A stretch of 64,000 nt of DNA from Eledone cirrhosa (taxonomy: Eukaryota). Within the stretch, counting starts at the first letter, position 1; every line of letters begins with the position of its first letter. This document shows, one piece after another, positions 36,740-52,138 of this stretch. Position numbers and translations under genes: made by a program. The notes below the pieces were generated by a model. The model was not told where the DNA came from. It searched no databases and saw only the letters and a program-made list of their open reading frames with translations. The stretch lies in contig OZ024743.1 of assembly GCA_964016885.1 (NCBI GenBank), forward strand, positions 337,156,001 to 337,220,000, in the 5' to 3' direction.

Positions 36740-38175
36740 GCTTGGTTTCTTCTTGCTTCCTTATGCCAACCTCATTTACAGTATGTACTGGGTGCTTTTT
36801 GTCATGATGCCTACACAATCACTTTACAGTGAGTACTGGGTGCTTTTTGTTGTGATGCTTACACAACCACTTTACAGTGTGGGCTAGGTGCTTTTTCTCG
36901 TGACAACTACATGACTATTTTACAGTATAGGCTGGGTGCTTTTTATTGTGACACCTACTTGACCACTTAACGGTGGAAGCGAGGTAGGGCATACTGTCCA
37001 TATGCTTCAGCTTCGGCTTGTTCCCATGGAAAGTCTGCATTACTGCATAACGCCAGAGGTCTTGGTCCTGTGTCATCGCCTTTGAGAGGTGCAATTGAGC
37101 AAGATCGACATTGAGCGCTCTGCACCTTTTTATGCAGCTGTCATCCTTTATACACATCACATGAGCATACCAATGTAATCTCCTCTCCTGTACACAGCAT
37201 TTGATTCCTCTTATACCTAGTCTCTCTCTCAATTCGTTTATGCATTGCTGTTCATGTATATCACTATTACACATCCATCGGAGCATGCAAGCTTCATTTC
37301 TTTCCAATCTACGCAAGTCTTCTGTACACAGTGCCTAAGTCTCACTACCATATAACATTGCTGTTCGTATGCATGCATCATACCGTCTGCCTTTCATTTT
37401 GCGGGAAAAGACTTTTGTAGCTAGCAGTTGTAGTAGCTCCCTGAACTTCTTCCATCCTGTTCTTACTCTGGCTACTGTACTTTCAGAACATCCACCTCTG
37501 TTGCTAATTTGGTCACCTAGGTAGCAGTAGTTGTCTACTGTTTCTACCGAGCCATCCCAGAATTTAGTAGTGCTTGTTTCCTGTGGTCGTTTGCTGCTTA
37601 TTGTCCCGGTGCAACTGCTACATGTAAAGCCTACATTCCTGACTAAACTTCCTGAGATCCCACTACATTTCTTGTGTACCCATAGTTTGCAATAGGGGCA
37701 GAGGATAGAATTTCTATCTACACCTTTCCTACATACTGAGCAAGGCCATTTCCCTGAGGAGATCTGGGTTCTGTTTTCTCTTTTACTTAATAGGGTCTTA
37801 GTCTTTGTCAGGTTGACTTTGAGACCCCCTTCTTTCTAGCTCCTCCCATGTTGGGAATTTCTTCTCTAGTTCCACCATAGATTCAGCTATAAGTGTAAGA
37901 TCATCTGTGTACAAAAGTTCCCATGGGCATCCAGTCTTAAACTCCTCTGTTATAGCCTGCAATATGATAATTAACAGGAGAGAGCTAAGAACAGAGCCCT
38001 GATCAATGCCTACCTGTATTCTAAATTCCTCGCTTTAGTCATTGTTAACCCTAACTTTGCTGACTGCTCCCCTGTACATGGCTTGTACAGCCTTCACAAG
38101 CTACTCATCTACACCTAGATTTCTAAGAGCCCCCCAGATAATGGCATGAGGCACTCTGTTGAAGGCTTTTTCCTG
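36740..38175 (-). mobile_element. 5'-truncated degenerate RTE copy; a ~50-bp 3' UTR unit is amplified about 4 times
   Basis: ORF 36915-37316 RRLERNEACMLRWMC. PHD and RT nucleotide homology extends to ~38170. GGGTGCTTTTT..CACTTTACAGT units repeat at 36780-36965. Confidence 0.85.
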
Positions 38176-38639
38176 ATTAATAAATTTACTCATAAAAATC
38201 TGAAATGAATTGTTTGATATGAGTTATTGTACCATGTCATCATTCTTGATGTGTGTGTGTGTTGGACCTTAGATTCATCAGCTGAACATTTTAGCCACTA
38301 AGCCATGCAACTTCAGATAGCTAGATGTAATACATTGCAGTTTAAATGGATTAACCTGTTGACTGGTGCATATATTTTACACAACTACAGTTGCTGTTGT
38401 GGGTTTTTTTTCTAGTAAAATGACTATTTTGATTGACAAACGTTACATCAATAAACTAGTAACCCTATCTAGTTTTGAAGTTATGAACTGTTGGAAACGA
38501 GTTCATAACTTTGAAGTTATGAACTTTTGGGAACGAGTTGGAATGGAGTTCAAACATGTTAGGACAAGTTATCTCATCTACAACACTGAAGAGGTTAATG
38601 GGAGTTAGAAGAAAATAACCTGTCTAGCCACAAACACAT

Positions 38640-39115
38640 TTTCATCATAATTTATGCCTGCTGGCCTTGAACATGGTAATAGCAAGAACCTAGATGAGAT
38701 AACTGTTTTCATGTTTGAAGGAAGTAAATCTCAGCCACAAACCTGAGTGCTGCTGTCCATAATGTAGAGGAGAGGAAGATAGCCAAATACTCACACTTGA
38801 CTGGCTGCTTCCTTTTTGTACCACTTGTCATTGATACCTTCGGTGTTCTGTTTTCTTGCACACAATTGTAAGAAGTGTATACTGCCTGAGGAAGAAGCCC
38901 TGTAAGGTGGAGTGGCTGATGCAGTGGGTGTCCCTGGTTCTTCTCCACGGCAATGCCTTCACCACTTTTTCCGCAGAGCACAGCTGAGATAGACTGCCTA
39001 GACTGGTGGGTAGTGCCTGCCACTCCCCTCCCCTCCCCTTCCCCTTTTGTTATTTTCTTTTCCTTTTTTTTTTATTGCAAATGTATAATTTCATTGAAAT
39101 TTATTGAATAAAACA
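38640..39115 (+). pseudogene. CRE-clade LINE 3' remnant (restriction-like endonuclease end)
   Basis: Degenerate translation MPAGLEHGNSKNLDEITVFMF...AAVHNVEERKIAKYSHL..FLFVPLVIDTFG...QWVSLVLLHGNA resembles CRE EPxGLxRGDGKRPDG...KxxKY...FVPxxxETxG...QRxSxxxQRGNA. AATAAA follows at ~39108. Confidence 0.55.
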
Positions 39116-39224
39116 TATCTGTCATCTGGCTATTTTATAGATTAAGGCAATTAAAAATAAATGACTACTACTCACAGGTATCATCAATACTGCTGATTAG
39201 TTATTGATTTATAAAATATTTAAG

Positions 39225-39555
39225 AAATGAAACAGCCGTGCCTCGTTGGATGTCCAATGTAAGTGTGAGAGAAAGGCAGAGCTTGGACAAGCTGATTGAG
39301 AAACATTGGTATGGACATATGATGTGAATAGACAATGACTGCTGGGTTTTAAAAAATGCCAGGATATCCAGTGGAAGGAAGCTGCAGTAGAGGAAGACCA
39401 AGAAAGACATCGGCAGAGGTTGTGAGAACTGACTTCAAATTGCTAAGACTGGCAGAGGAGATGATGAAGGAATGTGATAAGTAGAGTGACACTGTCCTGA
39501 GAAGGACCCGTCCATCCTTTGCAAACATTGAAAAACAGACATAAAATGATGATGT
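39225..39555 (+). mobile_element. Old RTE 3'-end fragment
   Basis: HWYGHMM and RGRPRKT motifs, and an AAAATGATGATG tail. Confidence 0.6.
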
Positions 39556-40077
39556 TAAGACACGAACGTATCACAATGTGCCTCAGCCATATGTCATGTG
39601 AGTAGTTTTGCACAAAGTTGTCAAGCAAGAATTTCCATTTGTCTTCTACATTATATATATATCTAGCTTGTCACCCCTTAAAGCAAAGAGGGAAAATGAA
39701 TTTATTTTCTTATTAAAATTGTAGCTTTTTTTAGAAAAGAGTTGTCATTGATGGTGTAGCAGTGATCACCATCTTGTTTATATTTGTGGGAGGGTTTGTG
39801 GATTAATTTCGGGGTCACTGCAGCACCAGAACTCCAGTAACACAAACTGATCCTTGACCTTATTTGATGCAGGGTGATTTTCTTGAACATTTTATGGAAA
39901 AAGAAGTGCATCTTATAAGCTGTCAAATATGGTATATATATATAATATGAGTATGTGACTGGTTTAGAATAGGTACAGCGTATCCCTGCGTGTAGGGAAG
40001 GGCATCTGCCTGTAAAACATTACCTCAAATAGTTCCCATGCTACCATGGAAATGTCAACATAAAAACCATGATGATG

Positions 40078-40740
40078 GTGTCATCTGGTGTACTGCAGGG
40101 ATCTGTTCTTGGTCCCCTTTTGTTTCTTGCATACTTAAATGACATAGATGCCAGCTTAAAGAATGCCACAGTGCTGAAATATGCAGATGACATCAAGCTG
40201 AACCTTGAGATAAAGGACAGATCCTAAACACTATAGATCTTTCCTGCAATCAGACCTGGACACAGTGTAGCAATGGATCACGGACTGGCAACTCAAGCTG
40301 GCTGTGGACAAGTGTACCACCATACATTTTGGGAGGAAAAACCCAGCATTCACATACTCCCTCCACAACACTAATATCAAGAAGTCTTGTGAACATGACC
40401 TGGGCATTACTGTCAGCTGCGATTTGCGTCGGACAAAGCAGATCTCTAAAATTGTCAAGAAGGCCAAGGGTGTCTTGGCATCACTCTGTAAGACCTTTGT
40501 CAGCTGCTCTCCAGCTATCTATTTAAAGCTGTATATAGCTATGATGTTGTCACACTAGCATTTGCATCACCAGTCTGGAACACCTATCTTGCTCAGAATA
40601 TTTATCTGGAAAGTGTTCAGAGACATGTAACCAAGCGAATACCCTCCATAATGCATCTAACATACTCTGAACGCCTTGCTTCTCTGGGCATGGATACATT
40701 GAAGCTCCGACGTCTGGCAACTGACTTGGTAAGCACCCAC
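40078..40740 (+). mobile_element. CR1-clade LINE RT C-terminal fragment
   Basis: VSSGVLQGSVLGPLLFLAYLND, KYADDIKL, DKCTTIHFGRKNP, EHDLGITVS, LTYSERLASLGMDTLKLRR. Confidence 0.8.
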
Positions 40741-42059
40741 ACAAATATTAACCAGCTGAGCACTGTACACAATAATTTCATTATTATAAACGATGGACTC
40801 GGACTCCTGCACAGTTTCAATCTACGAAATTTCACTCACAAGACATTGATCAGCCTGAAGCTATAGCAGAAGACACTTGCCCAAAATACCACAGAGTTGT
40901 ATCGTTGTATCAAAACGTGCTTGCCATTCCTGTGTCAATATTAACATATACTTTCAGGGGAGGTAACGAAATGTCTTAAATGGATCGCTTTACGTTTAAT
41001 AAGATTCAAGGGAAATAATCGTCAATATTCAAGGGAGGCAACTTAAAATAACGTGTCGACATTGGTTGCTTTATAAAACAGCAAACATTTCCCTCATCGT
41101 ATTCTATTTGTCTTCACGTTAGATATTGTATTTCTAATAAATAAATAGATAATAGTCGACACTCATTTTATTATAGTTTTGCTCGATTAGGGTTTAGCTC
41201 CATATAAACAATAACTAGGGCGACGAATTAGTAGAACGTCGCATAGAATGCTTTGCAGTATTCATCTCTGCGTTCAATTTCCGCCGTTGTCAGCTTTGCC
41301 TTTCATGCATTCAAGGTCAGTCTATTACTGGAATCGAGTCTTCCTCTATATCTTTTTCTCCCCCTCTATCATTCTTTCCTCTTCTCTGGAGGAAAACGGT
41401 TGTATTCAGACCTAGTGGGGGAATAGGCTCCGCCAGATTTAAAGTGCCCAAGAAACGGTACCTCGACGCCTCTATCAGGAGCTATGGGTCCACACATACA
41501 ACTGCAAATAAGTGCAGTTTATCAAAATTAAAGGAGCGCTCCAGCTAGGAAGACTAAATTGCTAACCGTTTGATCTTTGTTCTACATCATCATCATCGTC
41601 ATCCTTTTACGTCCGTTTTTCTCTACTTGCATAGGTTAGACAAGTCTTTCCAGCACAGCGTCTCTCAACTTATTGCTTTCGTTCCTTTTTGTATAAATTT
41701 GTGGGGAGGGGAGAGTCATTTAAATCGACTCCAGTGTAGCGCAGGTACTTTATTTTGTGACACCCGTACTCCCGTAAGGATGAACGGCAAAGCTAACCTC
41801 GGCGGGATTTGAACTCAGAACGCAAAGACGTACATTTGTTCAAATATACGTCTTCGTAAAGATAGGTGGTTTATCCCGATGTAATCCCCTGCCGGAGAAA
41901 AACAAGAGATATTTTAAGATTTTTTTTTTTTTTTGCATAGACTGTCTGCCCATATATGCCCCTGAGGGGGTTCAGCTAGATTCCCGCCGCCCGAATACCA
42001 AAGTGGTATAACAGTTCGGATCTAGCTGTTGAATTGGCCGGAGCTCAGCCGTCTGCACC

Positions 42060-42212
<153 letters not shown>

Positions 42213-42397
42213 ATCGAGTTAGAGGTTGTGAGTGCTCTGTACTATGGATAGTTTTAACGTACGGCGTTGTTTGACTCAACAAGAGGTTTCCTTAGTTAGC
42301 TAGCGAGTTTGCGAGAATTCTCATGCAGGTTATTCTTGTAATAGTAGTGAAAGAGTGAAGAATAACATGGTCGGCTGTACAAAAAGGGTTTTATTTA

Positions 42398-42512
42398 CAG
42401 TATTAACAATTGTTTCATTGATCAGGTGACTCTAAAGGCTGCTGATCACTCGAAGTTGCGTCACTCGACCTTAAATACAGTGTGTGTCTCTGATCAAATC
42501 ATCGGAATACTG
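42398..42512 (-). ncRNA. Type I hammerhead ribozyme variant with long stem II
   Basis: Minus strand: CAGUAUU-CCGAUGA-U UUGAUCAG...CUGAUCAA U-GAAA-CAAUUG-UU^-AAUACUG. Stem I is 7 bp, stem II 8 bp, stem III palindromic; the core has a U4->C change. Confidence 0.6.
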
Positions 42513-42939
42513 GAGAGTGTAACACATGACACTGGTATTTATAGATACATCGGAGAATCATATATATAGGAAAATGTTCAACCCCGACGTTCTGGACTCC
42601 AGAAATAGCCGCCGAAACGGCTTGAGCTCTGCCGTTGGGGTTGAACATTTTCCTATTACCCACTCTACTACCCCAAGTATTGAGTACTCTAGTGCGTTAT
42701 GGTCCATCTGGTTCCTTACCACACTTCCTTCGTTATATATATATATATATATATACTCGATCTCATATGAAAGTAGACTCTAGTATGCTTATTTGTTTTT
42801 TAAATTTTTTATTCTTTCTCTAAGACTACTGATATTTTCTTTGAAAGCAACATTTTTGCATTGGCCCCCAAAGTACTACCGTGGCCCACCCCTGGGGTCC
42901 ACATGCCATCCGGCAAGATGAGGACCTGGCCAGTCCACC

Positions 42940-43350
42940 ACTGGTTAGATGGTTAACTGGCTTGTTGGATGGTTGACTGGTTGGTTGGATGGTGAACTAG
43001 TTGGCTGGCTGGTTAGATGGGTAACTGATTGGTTGGTTGGATGGTTAACTGGTTGGTTAGATGGGTAACTGATTGGTTGGTTGGATGGTTAACTGGTTGG
43101 TTAGATGGGTAACTGGCTAGTTTGTTAGTTAGATGGTTGGTTGGCTTGTTGGTTGGTTGGCCGGTTCGTTGGTTGGATGGTTGACTGGCTTGTTGGTTGG
43201 TTGGTTGGTTGACTGGCTTGTTGGTTGGTTGGGTGGGTGATTGCTTGGTTGACTAGTTGGTTGGTTAGATGGGTATTTGGTTGGTTGGTTGGTAGGATGT
43301 GTAATTGGATGGCTGGTTGGTTATTTAGTTAACGGATTGGTTGTGTGGTT
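42940..43350. repeat. Degenerate (TTGG)n microsatellite
   Basis: GGTTGGTTGGATGGTTAACT-like units. Confidence 0.85.
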
Positions 43351-44519
43351 GGCTGCTTGCCTGTCAAGTCACCATCTAGCAATAGTGTGAAGGTGTTTTT
43401 GCCTTAAAAAGTTATATTGTGATTGTAATTGAGGATTAATGAAGAGAGAGGGAGATAACTGGTGAACGACAGATATGGAATGAGTGAAGGAGTTGGCAGA
43501 AGAGTAAGAGGGGTGATGTGATAAAATAAGAAAAAGAGGGGTGAGATAAGGGGAGGGGTATAAGGGAATAGGATGATGAGTGAATGAAGAATTGAGAGAG
43601 TGAGATAGAAGGGGAGAGTAGAAAGACATGGCAACCATAATTATCGTTGATTACATTAATTACAGTATCTGTAATAACATGTACCCCCTCCCCTGCTTCG
43701 TATTTTTCTGCATGCGGTGACTAACTACCACAGTCTCAGATTCTTGCAGACTCTACTTCGCTGTGCACACTAACTAGCTGCTTTTGTTGTTTTGAAAAAC
43801 CATGACAAAAGCGTTTCACCTATGACAATACCATGCTTATAAGGAAGTATTTTAACTTACTGTTGGGTCCCAAATAATAGGAGCGGGGGTTGGAATAAGA
43901 GGGTTATGTGGAAAGTCGGTAATTTTCCTAGCTTGTCTTCCTTGATTCTTTAAAAACCAGAATTAGCCGTTTATTGAGACCACAACCCATCATTTATTTC
44001 ATAACGGTTGGGATTTCTTGTAATGAACTTTTTTTTTTGTCTGTATAATGTTTATTTAATGTCTAAAGAAAAGAAAATTTCGCCGGAGATAGAATAAGCG
44101 AGGGGTTTGGAAACAATCTGAAAAACGAATAAGCGGGGGTGAGAGAGACGATTATTCGAGACCCGAGAGTAGTTTTTGCTTGCCTTTAGCGGAGTATTGC
44201 CTGATGTAAGCATTCAAACTGGGTCTCGTGTTTCAGAATACGTACCCTCCTTCCTTTCTCCATCGAGTGTCTGAGGCCCTGAAAAGGGTTTCATGCATTG
44301 CCACTGCACTGCTCTTTCTTCGTTGATTAAAAAAAAAAATTATTACTTAAAATGGAGTGAAGGTTCCAGCGGTCAGAGTTTACCCTATATCTCCAACTAG
44401 AAAGGTCCTCTCCAGTTTTTTTTTTTTAAATATAGAAGGTCATCCGTTGGCCATGTAACGTGTCCAACTTAGAAACATATAAGAACATAAGTTCTTTTAC
44501 GTCGATCTCGACACAAAAC

Positions 44520-44867
44520 TAACCATTTGGGAGAAACGTATGTGTTGGACCTCCGTCAGTTACGACGACGTGTGTTCCAATTGTTTGGTCAAAGGAACAA
44601 TCAGCTCGTGAAATTAACGTGCAAGTCGGCTGATCATTCCACAAACACATGTACTTTTAACGTAGTTCTCAGGGAGATTCAGTGTGATATAATATGTAGC
44701 AAGGCGAGACCATTGATCACTGGTACCCCCCCCCCCCTCTGCTAAGTGGACTGGAAAAACGTAAAATAAAGTGTTTTGCTCAAGGACATAGCGTGCCGTC
44801 TGGAATCGAACTCAAGACCTTATGATCGTGAGTCGAACGTCCTAACCATTATGCCATGCACCTTCAG
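44520..44867 (-). mobile_element. tRNA-derived SINE with CORE-like domain
   Basis: Minus strand: TGGCATAATGG A-box, GAGTTCGATTCC B-box, then TGTCCTTGAGCAAAACACTTTA. Confidence 0.65.
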
Positions 44868-46732
44868 GGATTGTGTACGAATGGACCCCTAATTTACGAT
44901 GGAGTTGTAGAAATGCAATCATGACATGTCTTTGGCACTATATGCCATTTAAATCTGGCGAAGTCTATCCTCTCCAGGTCTGAATACAGCCGATATATTC
45001 CAAAGATGGAGTGAGAGGAAAAATTGAACCCAGTACTGGACCGCTACTTTTTTAATCAACTTCGAAAAGATGAAAAGCGAGGTTGACCTCAGCGGGGTTT
45101 GAACCTAGAGAGCGCAGATCAAATGCTACAAAGCATTCTATCCGACGTTCAAGCGACTCTGCTAATTCGCTGCCGTCTTCACGGATTAGGAAATAGTTAT
45201 GGACTAAACCGAACTACAATCACTCAAATGTTACATAATTTATTAATCCTAGATGGTTGAAGAGCAAATTCAACATCAGCGGAATTTAAACTCAAAACAT
45301 TAAGAAAATATAATTAAATCCTGCCAAGCAATATTTATTCAGCTCACTTCAGATGATGTTATTTGTCACTGTAAAACGTTTAAATACCGTAGCAGTCAGG
45401 CTGTGAAGTTCTCTTATGAAATAATAGCTATTTCATGCAATTTGCTTTTTCTTATTCTTTTTTTCTGTTTCTATTTTATAATTATGATATCATAATTGAT
45501 GTTTTCTGTCGACAACCTGCTGCGTAAATATTCTTGGCACTCGGGACTTCAAAAATATCACTGACAGCTTAAGTTTGCTCCAAATAACCATGTTAATAAT
45601 ATAACATGTGTGATATATTCATGATGCTAAAACCTAATTTAGCGACCACCATGAAATCAAATGTGGATGCGAACGATATAGAAGTCGTGATATAAAAACT
45701 CATTTAGCGATCACAATGAAATTTAAATGGGGATGCGAATGATCTAGGGCTCATGGAAAGGATCTAACAGACTGTACAAGGCACGCAGATTCGATTCCCG
45801 TTCAATTTGATTCCCTATCAACAAACAAACACCACACGTTATATATATATTATGATAATAAGGAGGAAGAACGAAGTATTAATATAACATCATTATGTGT
45901 GTGTGTGTATGTAAATATAAATATAATAGAAAAAAACAATGAGGAAGTTTCGTTTACATATAAGAGATTTTATTGTGTATCGACCTGTTACGCGTGTTTT
46001 GCAGAAGATTGGCTCAAGGTCACCCATAGGAGTTATGGGCCCGACTCTACTACCGATCTGCTCTTCCGACTGCCGATGTGACAAAAATATTTGTTGTTGT
46101 TATACCTGTCTTTATATAAAATTCTTTGTCTGTCTTTTCTTTATGCATTCTCAAACAGCTCAATCAAATCAATTTTTACAAGGTAATAGTATGGGATTAA
46201 CAACATGTAATTTCTATTTTCATTTCGATTAAAACAATATAACATTTTATCTAAAATATTCTACTATAGTCAACTATAAGTAAACGGACATTTTATAACA
46301 CGACGAAGATAACGTCACATTTTGTATATGAGTGTGTCTGTGAGTGTATGTGTGTTTGCGCGTTCGTTACGTACGTTAGGCCTTAGTAAGTTACATACAT
46401 ACACATCTTCACGTAATATTTAATCAGATACACAGAGAATTAAACACACTCACACATCTACACATACATATAGATGTATGTGTGTGTGAGTATACATACA
46501 TTTCTGTGACGACTGACATAACGAAACGCTGAATGGGTGTATGTCTGTTTGCGTTTTTTATAAGTGTGTGTATGTCTGTTCGTTTATATTTATATTCTCA
46601 TACCATTAAATTAGCAGTTAATACATTTGCTCATATTTGGTTAATTTACACTGCATACAAAAATAGAGATTAATATATATATATATTTCTTTTGGATGTT
46701 GATACTTATTTGTTTACAATATTGAAAAAAAA

Positions 46733-47175
46733 GTCTTTATTCTAAAAATTCCTCTCATAGCTACAGCTGTTCCATTTGAATTTAAGAGGCTTCAGTTTCC
46801 AGTCAAACTAAGTTTTGTTATTTCAGTCAACAAATCTCAGGGTCAATCTCTCAAGGTGGTTGGACTTGATCTCTCTACTGCATGTTTCTCCAACGTTCAA
46901 CTCTATGTTGGTTGCTCACGATTGGGAAGCAGCAACAATTTATTCATTGGGACACCAACAAAAAAATTGAACAATGAATATTGTTTACCCTAAGGTGCTT
47001 CAAGATTGACAGATTTTCATTTTTAAATTCTATTATCATTACAATTTTGAATTTGATTTTACAAAATATAGATATTTTGAAATAATTATGAGAAAAAATA
47101 TATATCTTCCTATTTATTGTTTACTAATCTGAATAAGAACAGCAGTAGCTCGGACAACACCGGGTCATTCAGTTA

Positions 47176-47176
<1 letters not shown>
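46733..47176 (+). mobile_element. Helitron 3' remnant: PIF1 helicase C-terminus and terminal hairpin
   Basis: KIPLIATAVPFEFKRLQFPVKLSFVISVNKSQGQSLKVVGLDL..CFSNVQLYVGCSR..NIVYPKVLQD*. The 3' end CTCGGACAACACCGGG-TCATTCAG-TTAG resembles the hairpin + CTAG end. Confidence 0.8.
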
Positions 47177-47223
<47 letters not shown>

Positions 47224-47339
47224 TATCCATTAAGTTCGCCTGCAATTTAAAATATAAGTATTAAATTGTACAGGTACTCTATGGACTCCCTGTATAATAT
47301 ATATATATATATCTTTAAGTCGTTTGGAAGCCTCGACAA

Positions 47340-49512
47340 TGCAGATGGGTAAATCTCCGGGTAACAAGATCCGGTGGTGGAGAGTGAGATGTAAGTGGGT
47401 GTACGTTGAGATGCGTGGCGTGTATAAGACGTGTAGAGGAATGAAGGAAAGAGCGTAAAGGATAAAAATAAAAATAACAACACGAGAGAGAGTTACCTTG
47501 GGAGAGATTTAATTGTCCCTGTATATTTCGGATTCACATCCATCAACTGGGTTTTTTCCCGGGGGGGGGGGGGGGGGGTTATCTGTCGGAAAGGTGCGAA
47601 ACGTGTCCTCCGCTGTTCGTTGTTTTGAATATCTGAGGTATTCAGCAGAGCGCGCGTGTGCGTGAAATTGGGTCGGTCAGGCAGAGGTCAGCGGCCGAAG
47701 TAGTTCTTTCAATTGTGGGAGTGGGGTGGTGCTAGCTGTCAGTCCATTCTCTGCCTGTTTGGTGAATGTTACTGTGTGTGTGTGTGTGTGTGCGTGTGTT
47801 GTTGTCTCGCTTTAGTGTGTGTGTGCGTGTGTTGTTGCATTGTTCCTCTGTATTGGCAGTGTAGTATGGTGGAATGCTACTGTGTGTGTGTGTGTGTGCG
47901 TATGTTGCTGTCTCGCTTGTGTGTGTGTGTGCGTGTGTTGCTGCATCGTTTGTTAACTTAAACCAACCACCTCATTTCGCTTCTCTCGGATCGGTTGTTT
48001 AATTGTGGCCCTAGGCGTTTGATCCAAAGTGCTTCTTTGATACGTAACGTGCCGACGTTTCTTTCTGTCGCTAGAATTGTGACAATGGGCCTTCCGTCTT
48101 TGTTTCCCCATTTGGCTATGTGTTTCCGGAAAGACGAGGCTCTGGTTTTAGTGTGTTCTTTGATCCGGATGTGCAACGGCCGGATTGTGCTACCTATATG
48201 GTATTGGTTGCACTTGTTACATTCTATCGTATACACGACGTATGTGCGTAGGCAACAGTTCGCATGGCGCATCGGGCAGTCTCTGAGGGAGCATGCGTCA
48301 GTTGATTTCCCGGGTTTCCTGGAGAGGCATCTTCGCAGGGAGGGGCCCGAGTGTGCCAGGTGGATGTCGAGGCCCTCCCTCCGTATAGCCTTGCGGATAG
48401 CGTTGGTGGTATTCTCGCCCAGGTGTGGCATTTTAAGGAAGCACTTGCCTTGGGTGCCTCTCTGTCTCATGTGTCTGGTGTCTCCTACTGTGTCTGTGAG
48501 CGAGGTAGGGTACCCGTTCGTCTCCAGCACCTCGAGGAATCGCTTGGTACGAGTGACACCACTCGCGGGATCGCTGCAACTGTTTTTGATTCGCGCGATC
48601 TCGTTCGTGATGTATCCTCTATTGGCACTGTTAGGGAGGGCGGACTTGTAGTGAACGAACAGGTCTCTGCAGGCTGCCTTTCGGTAGAAGTTGCAGTGGA
48701 TCCCTCCCTGTTCCGTGATGTTGATTCGGAAGTCGAGGAGGGCAAGTGACCCGTCTTCGTTGGGGTGTTCAACACTGAAGTCAATGTTCTCGTCCGTGTT
48801 GTTGAACGTCTCATAGATTCTGTTCGCCGTGTCTTGGGAAGATGTGAGGATGAGGATATCGTCCACGTACCTTGAGAAAAAGGCGACGGCGATGGGGTGG
48901 AAGGCGTTGAGTGCCTCGAGGCTGTCCATGTAAGAGATCGCTAGCACACCCGATAGGCTTGATCCCATGGGCAGTCCCGAGGTTTGTTGGTATGTTTGGT
49001 CAAGGAATCCGAAGTAGGTGTTGTCGACGACGATGGATAGGAGTTGGTGGATGTCAGTGATGGTGAGCCCGAATCAGTGTAGGTCGGTGGATTGGACGCG
49101 TTCCATCAGTATATTAACGGCCGGGAGTGCCGGGACCGAGGTGTAGAGAGCGACTACATTAAGGCTGAAGGCATATCTGTTATTCTTTCTGGTGTCGGGA
49201 TCCATTTGATGCAGCCACTTCAACACCTGCTCGGAGCTGTTAACGTGTCCCGGCAAGGTGTTTAAGATGGGTTTGAGTATTCTGGCTAGGAGCCATGAAA
49301 TTTTGTAGAGTGGTCCTTCCACGCTCGATACAATGGGCCTGATCTTCAGGTCGGGTCCCTGTTTGTGTGTTTTCACGAGGTGGTAGAAGGCGGGTAGTCT
49401 GCTGTTCCTCGTGAGGAGTTTGTATCTCAGCTTCTTCGGGAGCTTCTGCCGGTCGTAGATGTTGGTCCCGGCGGCGTTGATGTACTCTTCTATCTGCGCG
49501 TTGATGTGCTCT
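47340..49512 (-). mobile_element. 5'-truncated Penelope-like element (RT + GIY-YIG endonuclease)
   Basis: KTHK..IRPIVS, FSLNVVALYTSVP, GLPMGSSLS, RYVDDIL and VVYTIECNKCNQYHIGSTIRPLHIRIKEH. ORFs 49074-49376 and 47958-48968 are in frame, separated by one TGA. Confidence 0.9.
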
Positions 49513-49549
49513 TCTATATAAAAGAATAGAGGTGTAACACACGAGTTGT

Positions 49550-50581
<1,032 letters not shown>

Positions 50582-51617
50582 GAGAGTGTAGTATGCGTCT
50601 ATAGTATTATGTATATATGTATGCATCCGAAAGGCTCTTAAACGGTGTGACCTAGAGAGAAACAGATTTGATTTTCGACATCACCACCCCAAGTGGAATG
50701 TTTTTGGTTATTAATAATCAAAATATATAATTCGCTAAGAAAAATAACTCAACTTCAAGATCCCAAAAATTGAATGTCTTAAGAAACTGTCATGATTTCT
50801 ATGAACGAAAATATCCATTAAGGTGTGAAGTGAAAAGGTGACAGATAGTCAATCAGATTAGTGAAGGTTTTTTTTCTTTTCATCGTCCGTCGAAACGTTC
50901 TTTTCTTCTATTCGACTTTCGATTTTATATTGTTAATGTGTCTGACTTTTCGCCGCTGAGTGACTTAGTGGTTAGGGTATTCGGTTCACGTTCGTAAGGT
51001 TGTGAGTTCGATTGCCGGCGGTGCCTTGTGTCCAGGAGCCTCGTTTGCCTTAAAAATGTGAGGGGGGCGCACCAACATTTCTTGATTCTTAAAGGAGCAT
51101 AAATTGCTTATGGTGCCTTACCCGGACCCTATCACATAAGTAAAATTTTACGCTAATTAAATTTTATATATTTAAATGAAGTTCAGATATGAAAGAATAA
51201 GCTTAAAAAGAATGTATAATATCAAATAAGCAAAAAATTAAATATAGACGTTTAAAAAACGTGGGGGGTTGTCCCGGTTGTCCCCTGGTACCTCATGAAA
51301 CAAGGCCCTTGATTGTGTCATTGAGTATGCCACTTTATTTCGTGCTGTTCCAGTCCAGTTTCCATAGAAACCGCCTTATTTATTCACAGATGACGCGTAT
51401 TGCCCAAGGTAATAGGCGTGAGCTGATCGATCGCATAACCCACGGCACCTGTGAATAAACATAACAGTGTTATGTAATGGAAAAAGGATGAGTATTTTTC
51501 CATTCGGAGCTTTTTTTAAATCCCAACTAACAGACGAATTTTATTTAGACAAATACGGCGGAAGCACATCTTTCTACCTTACTCCAAACTTCGCTCGCTG
51601 TTTCATAAACAAAGCCT

Positions 51618-51620
<3 letters not shown>

Positions 51621-51663
<43 letters not shown>

Positions 51664-51666
51664 GCA

Positions 51667-51707
<41 letters not shown>

Positions 51708-52102
51708 TCTCTCTCACACTCTCTCTCTAACACACACACTCTCTCTCACACACACACACTCTCTCTCACACACACTCTCTCTCACACACACACTCTCTCA
51801 CACTCACACACACACTCTCTCTCTCACACACACAAACACACACTCTCTCTCTCTCTCACACACACTCTCTCTCTCTCACACACACACACTCTCTCTCACA
51901 TACACACATACTCTCTCTCGCACTCTCTCTCTCTCTCTCACACACATACTCTCTCTCTCACATACACACTCTCTCTCTCTCGCACTCTCTCTCTCTCTCA
52001 CTCTCTCTCTCTCTCTCTCTCCCACACACACACTCTCTCTCACACACACACTCTCTCTCTCACACACACAAACACACACTCTCTCTCTCTCTCTCTCTCT
52101 CA

Positions 52103-52138
<36 letters not shown>

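Noticed and set aside
39975-40010. HDV-like ribozyme of RTE 5' ends (CCCTGCGTGT)
   Set aside because: Only a fragment; the required nested helices cannot be built.
42567-42655. Hammerhead inside a 23-bp hairpin (..GCCGAAACGGC..)
   Set aside because: No CUGANGA core; kept only as a hairpin.
43858-44172. Possible MITE with TAC..GTA termini
   Set aside because: The terminal inverted similarity is too weak to call without a family alignment.
47515-47560. Hammerhead in the Penelope 3' region (minus: CCC-AGUUGAUGGAUGUGAAUCC-GAAA-UAUACA-GGG)
   Set aside because: The position is right, but the core has at least two mismatches and there is no valid NUH site; at best a decayed remnant.
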